Below are positions 17,015 to 25,030 of a stretch of 64,000 nt of DNA, one piece after another. The notes beneath the pieces were generated by a model. It had not been told where the DNA came from. It saw only the letters and a list, made by a program, of their open reading frames with translations, and made no database searches. Each line of letters starts with the position of its first letter. The stretch's first letter is position 1. The DNA is from an uncultured Anaerolineaceae bacterium (lineage in GTDB: Bacteria > Chloroflexota > Anaerolineae > Anaerolineales > UBA4823): NCBI GenBank assembly GCA_964633225.1, contig CAZWFQ010000001.1:137477-201476 (forward strand). Direction: 5' to 3'. The translations under genes were made by a program, and so were the position numbers.

Positions 17015-18109
17015 ATGCCAGACGATTTTCTCTACCGCCAGATCGCTGATATGATCCGCCGCGAGATCATGAGCGGCGAGCGTAAGCCGGGCAGCAGGCT
17101 GCCCCCGGTACGCGCCATGACCAAGCGCTGGGGCTGCACCCTGGGCACTGTTCAGCGCGCCTATCATGAACTGGCGCAGCAGGGCCTGGTTACCAGCCGC
17201 GCCGGGCAGGGCACACGTGTGGTCGAGAGGCTGCCTATCCAGGGAGACACTCCCTTGCGACGGGCCGGGTTGGTGCACCGCGCCGAGACATTTTTGTTGG
17301 AAGTGTTGACCGCTGGCTACAGCCCATCTGAAGCTGAAGATGCCGTCCGCCAGGCCTTGGACCGCTGGCGAACCGTGGCGCAGGCGCATCCTGCCCAGGC
17401 TGCTCAAAAGCTGCACTTCGCTGGCAGCCACGACCTGGTGATGGCCTGGCTGGCAAGCCATTTTGGTGAGATTGTCTCCGGTTATGAATTGGAGCTGTTG
17501 TTTTCTGGCAGCCTGGGTGGTTTGATGGCCCTGGCTCAGGGCCGAGCTGACCTGGCAGGCAGCCATCTTTGGGACGAAGAAAGTGATACGTATAACCTGC
17601 CCTTTGTGCGCCGCTTGCTCCCCGGCAGGCGGATGGCTGTGGTTACCCTGGCTCATCGCAGCCTGGGGCTGATCGTCCGCCCTGGCAACCCCGATGGTGT
17701 CACTGGGCTGGCGAGCCTGGTTCAGCCAGGTCTGCGGTTTATTAACCGCCAGGCGGGCTCGGGGACGCGCGTCTGGCTGGATGCCCAGCTACAGCGGGCT
17801 AAAATCTCTCCTCGTTCGTTGATTGGCTATGGCAACGAAATGTTAACCCACTCCGAAGTAGCTCGTGCCATTGCGGAGGGCCAGGCCGATGTTGGATTGG
17901 GCCTGGAGAGCGCGGCGCGCCTTTATGGACTGGATCATATCCCCATGACGCGCGAGCGCTACGACTTGATCATCCCTGAAGAGAACATGGTTTTTCCGGC
18001 GGTTGAAAGCCTGCTGGGATGGTTAACCAGCACCAAGGGCCGGCAAGCCGTCATGGGCCTGGAAGGTTACCAGACTGGAGAAACCGGTACGCTTCAGTGG
18101 GTGGGGTAG
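17015..18109 (+). CDS. GntR-type winged-HTH regulator fused to a periplasmic-binding-protein-like (molybdate/tungstate-binding, COG1910-like) domain
   Basis: The N-terminus LYRQIADMIRREIMSGERKPGSRLPPVRAMTKRWGCTLGTVQRAYHELAQQGLVTSRAGQGTRV is a GntR-type HTH. The C-terminal ~250 aa are PBP-like (GSLGGLMALAQGRADLAGSHLWD...INRQAGSGTRVWLD). It is divergent from mop-tupABC. Confidence 0.75.
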   Translation: MPDDFLYRQIADMIRREIMSGERKPGSRLPPVRAMTKRWGCTLGTVQRAYHELAQQGLVTSRAGQGTRVVERLPIQGDTPLRRAGLVHRAETFLLEVLTAGYSPSEAEDAVRQALDRWRTVAQAHPAQAAQKLHFAGSHDLVMAWLASHFGEIVSGYELELLFSGSLGGLMALAQGRADLAGSHLWDEESDTYNLPFVRRLLPGRRMAVVTLAHRSLGLIVRPGNPDGVTGLASLVQPGLRFINRQAGSGTRVWLDAQLQRAKISPRSLIGYGNEMLTHSEVARAIAEGQADVGLGLESAARLYGLDHIPMTRERYDLIIPEENMVFPAVESLLGWLTSTKGRQAVMGLEGYQTGETGTLQWVG

Positions 18110-18114
18110 GCAGC

Positions 18115-18507
18115 GTGCAAGTATTCATTGCCATGAAGGTCCCCCGCTGCAGCCCGGTTCAACCTGGTGAAGTTGATCCGGTGCAATTGGTTGGGTGGGT
18201 GGCAGATGCTGTCCGCCGGGCAGGGCATACGCCGTTTGTGGCTTACCAAGAGATTGCCCAGCGCGGCCTGAAGCCAAAGGTGTTCATGCCATTCGTGCGC
18301 CAGCAGATCCAGCAGTCAGGGCTGACAATTGTCCTGTATGTTCCTGAATTGCGCGGCGGGCTGATCGAAGAAGGCATTGCCTATGCCGCTGGGGTGCCGA
18401 TCTGGCTCTTGCATTGCCGCGGCCAACGCGTTTCCACCTCAGCCCTGGCTTGCGCTGAGCGCGTGATTGAATATGAGAATTTGGATGACATAAGATTATT
18501 CGATTAA
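18115..18507 (+). CDS. Hypothetical protein (possibly nucleoside 2-deoxyribosyltransferase-like fold); start uncertain
   Basis: This is the in-frame part of track ORF 18019-18507 that does not overlap the regulator gene. GTG at 18115 follows a GGGTGGGG purine-rich tract. Alternative starts are 18097 (GTG) and 18133 (ATG). VFIAMKV...GLIEEGIAYAAGVPIWLL is only weakly reminiscent of that fold. Confidence 0.45.
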   Translation: MQVFIAMKVPRCSPVQPGEVDPVQLVGWVADAVRRAGHTPFVAYQEIAQRGLKPKVFMPFVRQQIQQSGLTIVLYVPELRGGLIEEGIAYAAGVPIWLLHCRGQRVSTSALACAERVIEYENLDDIRLFD

Positions 18508-18577
18508 AATAGGGGTCTGCGTGGCAGCCTGGCGCAGCCAATTTCCTCATGAGTATTATCCAATAAAGGAGTCCGTT

Positions 18578-21500
18578 ATGAAACGACAATACACCAACCG
18601 GCGCTATCTGGATGCTTTGAGCCAACGTGTGCTGGTTTATGATGGCGCTATGGGGACCAGCTTACAGACCCAAAAGTTGACCGCAGAGCACTTTGGCGGC
18701 GAACGGTATAACGGCTGCAATGATTATCTGGTCATTTCTCACCCGCAGGCCGTTGAGAAAGTGCACCGCTCTTTCTTAGATGTGGGTGTGGATGTGATCG
18801 AAACGGACACCTTCCGTGCCAACCGCCTGACATTGGCTGAATATGGCTTGGCCGATCGCACAGATGATATTAACCGCGCTGCGGCCGCCCTTGCCCGGCG
18901 CCTGGTTGACGAATATAGCACGCCACAGCAGCCGCGCTTCGTGGCCGGTTCGATAGGCCCATCGGGCAAGCTGCCTTCGGCCGATGACCCCGAGCTGTCA
19001 AATATCACGTTCGAAGAATTAGCTGATGTCTTCTGCCAGCAAGCCATGGGGTTGATCCAGGGTGGTGTGGATCTGCTGTTGGTTGAAACTTCTCAGGATA
19101 TCCTGGAGGTCAAGGCTGCCATCACTGGCATCCAACAGGCCTTTTCCCAGTCCAACACCTGGCTGCCAGTGCAGGCTCAGGTCACGTTGGATACCACCGG
19201 TCGTATGCTGTTGGGTACGGATATTGGCGCTGCGCTCGCCATTTTGGAAGGCCTGGCAATTGATGTGATCGGGCTCAACTGCTCCACCGGCCCGGATCAC
19301 ATGCGTGAGCCGATTCGCTACCTGGGCGAAAACGCCGCCCTGCCCGTATCTTGCATCCCCAATGCCGGGCTGCCGCTCAATGTAGATGGCGAGGCAGTCT
19401 ATCCCCTGGGGCCAGAACCGTTTGCTGATGCGCTGCTGGAATTCGTGGAAAAACACCACATTAGCGTGGTGGGCGGCTGCTGCGGCACCACCCCGGCCCA
19501 TTTGAAAATGCTGGTGGATAAGTTGAACCGGCGGCCTTCTCCGGCCCGGCCTGCCCAGGCCCTGGCGCAGTTGGCCTCGGCCACGCGGGCCATCCCCATG
19601 CATCAAGAGCCGCCGCCCTTGTTGATCGGCGAGCGCTGCAATGCCCAAGGCAGCAAGAAATTTAAACGCCTCCTGCTGGCGGAAGATTATGATGCTATCC
19701 TTGAGATTGGCCGCGAGCAGGTTGAGTACGGCGCTCACACCCTCGATATTTCCACTGCGGTCACTGAGCGGCCAGATGAAATCGATCTGATGCGCCGGGT
19801 GGTCAAGAAGTTAGCCGCGGGTGTCGAGACGCCTCTGGTGATTGACACCACAGAGATGGACGTCCTGAAAGCGGCCCTGGAGACTGCTCCTGGCCGCTGC
19901 CTGATCAATTCCACCCACCTGGAAGGTGGGCGTGCCAAGGCCGACAAGGTATTTGCCCTGGCAAAATTGTACAATGCCGCGGTCATCGTCCTGACGATTG
20001 ACGAAAGCGGCATGGCCAAGGTGGCGGATAAGAAGCTGGAAGTAGCCCGCCGCATCTATGATATTGCGGTCAATGATCATGGCCTGCGGCCCGATGCCCT
20101 GGTTTTTGATACCCTCACCTTTACCCTGGCTACTGGTGACCCCGAATTCGCCACCTCTGCCATCGAGACGATCGAAGGCATTCGCCTGATCAAGCAAGCC
20201 TTACCCGGTGTGCTGACCTCTTTGGGGGTGAGCAACCTTTCTTTTGGTCTGTCGGCTCATGCCCGCCCTGTGTTGAATTCAGTGATGTTGTATCACGCGG
20301 TGCAGGCTGGCCTGGATATGGCCATTGTCAACCCGGCCCACATCACGCCCTATGCCGATATCCCCAACGAAGAGCGCGAGCTGGCAGAAGACTTGATCTT
20401 CAACCGCCGCCCAGATGCGCTGCAGCGCTACATCGCACACTTTGAAGCCCTGGGCCCGCAGACTGAGACCGGTTCAGCCGTCGATCCGACCGTTTACATG
20501 ACCCCCCAGCAGCGCTTGCATTGGCGCATCTTGCACCGCCACAAGGATGGGGTGGAAGCCGATATTGATGAGATCATTCACAACAGCACCACGCGTCACA
20601 GCACCGCGGTAGAAACGTTGAACACGGTCTTGCTGCCGGCCATGAAAGAGGTGGGTGATAAGTTCGGGGCTGGCGAGCTGATCTTACCTTTCGTTTTACA
20701 GTCGGCTGAGGTAATGAAGAAGGCCGTGGCCCACCTGGAGCAGTACCTGGAAAAGAAAGAAGGTACTTCCAAGGGCCTGGTGGTGCTAGCCACCGTTTAT
20801 GGCGACGTACACGATATTGGCAAGAACCTGGTCAAGACCATCCTGGCCAATAATGGCTACACGGTCATTGATATGGGCAAGCAGGTTCCGGCTGAGACCA
20901 TCATTTCCAAAGCAGCCGAGGCTGGTGCAGATGCGATCGGCTTGAGTGCCTTGTTGGTCAACACATCCAAGCAAATGCCGTTGATCGTCAACGAGCTGCA
21001 GCGCCGCGGGCTCAAGCTGCCCGTGCTGGTGGGCGGGGCCGCCATCAACCGGCGCTTTGGCTGGCGCATACTCTACACAGAATCTGGCGACCTGTACGAG
21101 CCGGGAGTTTTTTACTGTAAGGATGCCTTTGAAGGCCTGTCTGTGATGGATGCTTTGAGCAACCCCCAGGCCCGCCCCGAGTTGTTGGAGCGTTTGCGCA
21201 GCGATGCGGCGCGTGAGACGGAACGCATGAAAACTGAGACCTCAAAAGGCCTGGCCCTTCAGCGGTCGGTGGTCAAGCCCCAGCCTTACGCGCCTGCCCA
21301 GGTGACCTTAGGCCCTCGGGTTGTGCGTTCCATGCCCCTTGAAAGTGTCTTCCAGCACCTGTCTAAGAATGAGCTCTTCCGCCTTTCTTGGGGTGCCAAG
21401 AATGCCCATGGTGAAAAGTGGGAACAACTTAAGGCTGATTTTGAGGCCCGCCTCGATAAAATGCAGCGCGAAGCCCTGCGCACCGGTTGGCTCAAGCCCC

Positions 21501-22069
21501 AGGGCGTGTATGGCTATTGGCCCTGCCAGGCCCACGGCAATGAGCTGGTTGTGTATGCCCCACAGGGTGAGCCGCGCGAGATTGCACGCTTTAAGTTCCC
21601 CCGCCAGGCCGAGGGGGACCACTTATGCCTGGCTGATTACTTTGCCCCTCAAGACAGCGGTCAGATGGACCTGGTGGCATTCCAGGTGGTTACCGTGGGC
21701 CAGCAGGCCACAGAACGCTTCGATCACTGGCAGGAGGCTGGCGATTACTCTGAAGCTTACTACATGCATGGCCTGGCTGTGCAAACTGCCGAAGCTGCCG
21801 CCGAATATTTGCATCTCCACATCCGCCGTGAACTTGGCTTGCCAGAAGACCGGGGTAAGCGCTATTCTTGGGGGTATGCCTCTATCCCTGAGCTGGATGA
21901 TCATCGCAAGGTGTTCGATCTGCTGCCGGCTGAGAGCGATTTGGGCATGAGCCTGACGGCAGCTTTCCAACTCGTGCCAGAGCAGTCCACCGCGGCCATC
22001 GTTGTCCATCATCCTGAAGCCCGGTACTTTACCCTGGGCGAGAGCCGGGTAGATCAGCTTAGCAAATAA
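18578..22069 (+). CDS. metH: Cobalamin-dependent methionine synthase
   Basis: An AAAGGAG Shine-Dalgarno sequence precedes the ATG at 18578. Hcy-binding domain (VGGCCGTTPAH), pterin-binding domain, B12-binding motif DVHDIGKN, and a C-terminal AdoMet reactivation domain. Confidence 0.97.
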   Translation: MKRQYTNRRYLDALSQRVLVYDGAMGTSLQTQKLTAEHFGGERYNGCNDYLVISHPQAVEKVHRSFLDVGVDVIETDTFRANRLTLAEYGLADRTDDINRAAAALARRLVDEYSTPQQPRFVAGSIGPSGKLPSADDPELSNITFEELADVFCQQAMGLIQGGVDLLLVETSQDILEVKAAITGIQQAFSQSNTWLPVQAQVTLDTTGRMLLGTDIGAALAILEGLAIDVIGLNCSTGPDHMREPIRYLGENAALPVSCIPNAGLPLNVDGEAVYPLGPEPFADALLEFVEKHHISVVGGCCGTTPAHLKMLVDKLNRRPSPARPAQALAQLASATRAIPMHQEPPPLLIGERCNAQGSKKFKRLLLAEDYDAILEIGREQVEYGAHTLDISTAVTERPDEIDLMRRVVKKLAAGVETPLVIDTTEMDVLKAALETAPGRCLINSTHLEGGRAKADKVFALAKLYNAAVIVLTIDESGMAKVADKKLEVARRIYDIAVNDHGLRPDALVFDTLTFTLATGDPEFATSAIETIEGIRLIKQALPGVLTSLGVSNLSFGLSAHARPVLNSVMLYHAVQAGLDMAIVNPAHITPYADIPNEERELAEDLIFNRRPDALQRYIAHFEALGPQTETGSAVDPTVYMTPQQRLHWRILHRHKDGVEADIDEIIHNSTTRHSTAVETLNTVLLPAMKEVGDKFGAGELILPFVLQSAEVMKKAVAHLEQYLEKKEGTSKGLVVLATVYGDVHDIGKNLVKTILANNGYTVIDMGKQVPAETIISKAAEAGADAIGLSALLVNTSKQMPLIVNELQRRGLKLPVLVGGAAINRRFGWRILYTESGDLYEPGVFYCKDAFEGLSVMDALSNPQARPELLERLRSDAARETERMKTETSKGLALQRSVVKPQPYAPAQVTLGPRVVRSMPLESVFQHLSKNELFRLSWGAKNAHGEKWEQLKADFEARLDKMQREALRTGWLKPQGVYGYWPCQAHGNELVVYAPQGEPREIARFKFPRQAEGDHLCLADYFAPQDSGQMDLVAFQVVTVGQQATERFDHWQEAGDYSEAYYMHGLAVQTAEAAAEYLHLHIRRELGLPEDRGKRYSWGYASIPELDDHRKVFDLLPAESDLGMSLTAAFQLVPEQSTAAIVVHHPEARYFTLGESRVDQLSK

Positions 22070-22078
22070 GCGGCAGGT

Positions 22079-22690
22079 ATGCCTACCATCCTATTTGCTA
22101 CCCACAATCCCTGGAAAGATCTGCTTTTCAGGCCTGCTTTTGCCGCCTTTGGCTTTGACCTGGAGACGCTGAACGGCCAATCTGCCGCGCTCCTCCCAGA
22201 GAATGGTGCCACTGCCCTCGAAAATGCGCTTGCCAAAGCACGCCAGGTGCATTCCCCCCAGCACCCCTGGACCTTCGGCGATGATGCCGGCCTGTCGATT
22301 GATGCCCTTAATGGCGAACCTGGTCTGCAAACACGCCGTTGGGGGGGGCATTTTTCTGACCAGGTGGATGACCAGACCTGGCTGGATTACCTGCTCTGGC
22401 GTTTGCAAGGTGTTCCAGTCGAAAAGCGCAGTGCCTGCTTCTTTTCGGCCTGGGCGCTTGTGGCCCCAGATGGCAGCACCTATACGCGTCAAATCAAGTG
22501 GCCGTTCATGATTGCCGAGCGCCCGCTGCGCCCCATCAACCCGGGTTCTCCCATCTCATCGGTGCGGATTGGGCCGCCCGATGACCTGGCAAACCGGCAG
22601 GGTGAAATCTTACGTGAGCTGCAAACGTGGGGCATCTTGGCGCAGTTACAAGCCCGGGCAGTTGAGCATATGCCTGCCGGGCAAAAGTGA
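22079..22690 (+). CDS. HAM1/RdgB-family non-canonical purine NTP pyrophosphatase-like protein
   Basis: 203 aa. ILFATHNPWK...FGDDAGLSIDALNGEPGLQTRRW resembles the Ham1 family (ATxNxxK, DDSGLxVDALxGxPG). There are 9-nt gaps to both neighbouring genes. Confidence 0.7.
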   Translation: MPTILFATHNPWKDLLFRPAFAAFGFDLETLNGQSAALLPENGATALENALAKARQVHSPQHPWTFGDDAGLSIDALNGEPGLQTRRWGGHFSDQVDDQTWLDYLLWRLQGVPVEKRSACFFSAWALVAPDGSTYTRQIKWPFMIAERPLRPINPGSPISSVRIGPPDDLANRQGEILRELQTWGILAQLQARAVEHMPAGQK

Positions 22691-22699
22691 GGTGTAAAA

Positions 22700-24607
22700 A
22701 TGGAAACTTTGCCGGTGAATAAATTCATGCAGTTGATTGAGACTTCGCCCACCCCCTTGCTCTCGGATGGGGCCATGGGCACGCTCTTGAATGAGCGTGG
22801 GGTTGGCTTTGACCAGTGCTTTGACGCCCTTAACCTGAGCAGCCCGGCTCTGGTCGGCGAGATACACCGTGCTTATATCGATGCCGGCTCGCAGGTCATC
22901 CAGACCAATACCTTTGGCGCCAACCGCTTCAAGCTGGCTGTTCACGGCCTGGAAGATAAAGTGACTGAGATCAACCGGGCGGGCGTAGAATTGGCCCGCC
23001 GCGTGGCCTTGGCCTCGTTTAAGGATGTGTTGATTGCTGGTGACGTTGGCCCGTTAGGGGTCAGGCTGACCCCCTTTGGGCGTGTTCAACGCGAACAGGC
23101 CCGCCAAGCGTTTGGTGAACAGATCGCTGCCCTCCTGTCGGGCGGCGTGGACTTGCTGATCCTTGAGACCTTTAGCGACCTTTACGAGCTGGAAGAAGCC
23201 CTGGCTGCCGCCCGGGCCTTGTTTGCCGAAGGCCAGCCGGCTGTGCCCTTGGTGGCCTCGATGACCTTCACCCGCGATGATCGCACCCTGCTGGGCGATT
23301 CGCCTGCCAAGATCGCCACCGCGCTGGCGGCTGCGGGAGCTAACCTGGTGGGGATCAATTGCTCTGGCGGCCCAGCTCAGATTTGGCGCATGCTGCGGCA
23401 GATGCGGGCTGCAGTGCCTGGGATGCGCTTCTCGGTGATGCCTAACGCAGGCTGGCCTGAGCAGGTTGGGGGGCGCATCATGTACCCTGCCAACCCCGAT
23501 TACTTCGGCGAATATGCACTGGCTTTTTGCGAAGCAGGTGCCAGCCTGATTGGCGGTTGCTGCGGCACCACCCCGCGCCATATTGCTGCCATGCGCGGCG
23601 CCCTGGATCGCCAGCCTGATGGCTGTGCCCCCACCATCAGCGAGCTGACCCTGCCGGCTGAGTCAGATGAACGCCTGGATGTTTCTGGCTTGCCTTCACG
23701 CCTGGCAGAGCGCCTGGCGGCGGGGAAGTTCGCGATTGCTGTAGAGATGGACCCCCCGCGCGGCCTGGCGGCTCATAAGCTGTTGGCTGGCGCCAGCCTG
23801 CTGGCAGAGGCCGGGGCAGACGTGATCAATGTGGCCGACAGCCCCATGGCGCGCATGCGCATGAGCCCCTGGGCAGTCTGCGACCTGGTGCAGCGCAAGG
23901 TGGGGGTAGAAACGGTGCTCCATTTCCCCACCCGCGGCCGCAATTTGCTGCGCGTGCAGGGCGATCTGCTGGCTGCCCACGCCCTGGGCATTCGCAACGT
24001 GTTTGTGGTCATGGGCGATCCCACAGCTATCGGCGATTACCCCGATGCCATGGATGATTATGACCTGGTCCCCTCCGGGCTGATCAAGCTGATCAAACAG
24101 AATTTCAATGTAGGGATTGACCATGCTGGGGCTGATATCGGCCAACCGACATCCTTCTTTGCTGGTTGTGCCCTCAATTTAGCCCCCCAAGATACAGCCA
24201 CAGAGATCAAAAACTTGCGCCGCAAGCTCAAGGCCGGGGCCGATTTTATCCTGACCCAGCCTGTGTATGAGCCAGAACAAGCCGAGCGCTTTCTGAAAGC
24301 TTATCAAGAAGTGCATGGCCCATTGGATGTGCCGGTGCTGGTGGGTATTTTGCCGCTGTACAGTGCGCGCCATGCGGCTTTTTTGCATAATGAAGTGCCG
24401 GGGGTCTTGATCCCAGATGTGCTGCGCCAACGCATCCAAAATGCAGGCGAAAATGCCGCCCAAGAGGGCGTGCGTATAGCCGTTGAGCTGGCACAGCAGA
24501 TGCGTGCCTGGGCCCAGGGCATCTACTTGATGCCCCAGTTCAGTCGCTACGATCTGGCGGCTGAAATTATTGAGCGTATCAAAGCGCAGGAAAAACCTGC
24601 GCCTTGA
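22700..24607 (+). CDS. yitJ: Bifunctional homocysteine S-methyltransferase / 5,10-methylenetetrahydrofolate reductase (YitJ-like fusion)
   Basis: 635 aa. N-terminal Hcy-binding domain with IGGCCGTTPRH. The C-terminal MetF-type TIM barrel has the blocks FAIAVEMDPPRG, VLHFPTRGRN and DFILTQPVY. Confidence 0.88.
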   Translation: METLPVNKFMQLIETSPTPLLSDGAMGTLLNERGVGFDQCFDALNLSSPALVGEIHRAYIDAGSQVIQTNTFGANRFKLAVHGLEDKVTEINRAGVELARRVALASFKDVLIAGDVGPLGVRLTPFGRVQREQARQAFGEQIAALLSGGVDLLILETFSDLYELEEALAAARALFAEGQPAVPLVASMTFTRDDRTLLGDSPAKIATALAAAGANLVGINCSGGPAQIWRMLRQMRAAVPGMRFSVMPNAGWPEQVGGRIMYPANPDYFGEYALAFCEAGASLIGGCCGTTPRHIAAMRGALDRQPDGCAPTISELTLPAESDERLDVSGLPSRLAERLAAGKFAIAVEMDPPRGLAAHKLLAGASLLAEAGADVINVADSPMARMRMSPWAVCDLVQRKVGVETVLHFPTRGRNLLRVQGDLLAAHALGIRNVFVVMGDPTAIGDYPDAMDDYDLVPSGLIKLIKQNFNVGIDHAGADIGQPTSFFAGCALNLAPQDTATEIKNLRRKLKAGADFILTQPVYEPEQAERFLKAYQEVHGPLDVPVLVGILPLYSARHAAFLHNEVPGVLIPDVLRQRIQNAGENAAQEGVRIAVELAQQMRAWAQGIYLMPQFSRYDLAAEIIERIKAQEKPAP

Positions 24608-24621
24608 TACGTCTGGAAAAC

Positions 24622-24918
24622 TTAGATTGCCGGGGGAATAGGCTCGTCGGAAATGGGAGCCTGGTCTGGCTTCTTGCGCAGCATCACGAAGCCAATGATG
24701 ATGGGGATGATGACGAAAATCAACCCACCGCACACCATGCTCAGGCCTGTGGTCAGGGCAGTGGCGGGGTCGCTGCTGCCGAAGACATTGATCTCAGCAC
24801 CGGGGATCTGGCTGATGGCTGCAAAGAAAGCGCCAAAGCACAGCGCAGACAGGCCCGGGCAGCCGCACAGCAAGCTGGCGGCTACAGTGACGATGATAGC
24901 GGTTTGTTTCTTATCCAT
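24622..24918 (-). CDS. Small hypothetical membrane protein (2 TM)
   Basis: 98 aa with an AAAGGAGAG Shine-Dalgarno sequence. Two hydrophobic helices. It has its own consensus-like promoter. Confidence 0.6.
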   Translation of the reverse strand: MDKKQTAIIVTVAASLLCGCPGLSALCFGAFFAAISQIPGAEINVFGSSDPATALTTGLSMVCGGLIFVIIPIIIGFVMLRKKPDQAPISDEPIPPAI

Positions 24919-24947
24919 GATGGCTCTCCTTTCACTGAGTCCTTATC

Positions 24948-24976
24948 AGTATAGGGGAAAATCGTGAATTATGCAA
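24948..24976 (-). promoter_or_regulatory. Sigma-70-type promoter (TTGCAT-17-TATACT) for the small membrane protein gene
   Basis: On the reverse strand, TTGCAT (24976-24971) is followed by a 17-nt spacer and TATACT (24953-24948). Confidence 0.5.
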
Positions 24977-24980
24977 GCTC

Positions 24981-25025
24981 AAAAAAAAAGAGGTTGTGAG
25001 TGGTTTTTCCCCGCTCACAACCTCT
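24981..25025 (-). terminator. Intrinsic terminator of pheST
   Basis: The reverse strand reads AGAGGTTGTGAGCGG-GGAAAAA-CCACTCACAACCTCT followed by U9. The plus-strand A-run is at 24981-24989. It lies immediately after the pheT stop at 25031. Confidence 0.85.
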
Positions 25026-25030
25026 TTCGG

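Noticed and set aside
16655-17656. 333-aa minus-strand ORF in the track, the largest unassigned ORF in this region
   Set aside because: Only its last 69 aa (16655-16864) form a credible Mop/TOBE protein, with its own ATG and purine-rich RBS. The remaining ~260 aa run antisense through the promoter region and the GntR-PBP regulator gene, and have a low-complexity Ala/Gln/Gly/Pro-rich composition.
18508-18577. SAM or cobalamin riboswitch upstream of metH
   Set aside because: The spacer is only 70 nt and contains just a weak 5-bp hairpin and the Shine-Dalgarno sequence. A riboswitch cannot fit.
19019-19738. 239-aa ORF antisense to metH. Similar long antisense ORFs occur at 320-916, 15950-16579, 24179-24733, 37776-38315, 52673-53257 and 60548-61105.
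   Set aside because: Each lies opposite a gene with strong family motifs. Long antisense open frames are expected in GC-rich DNA, and none shows a recognisable domain or RBS.
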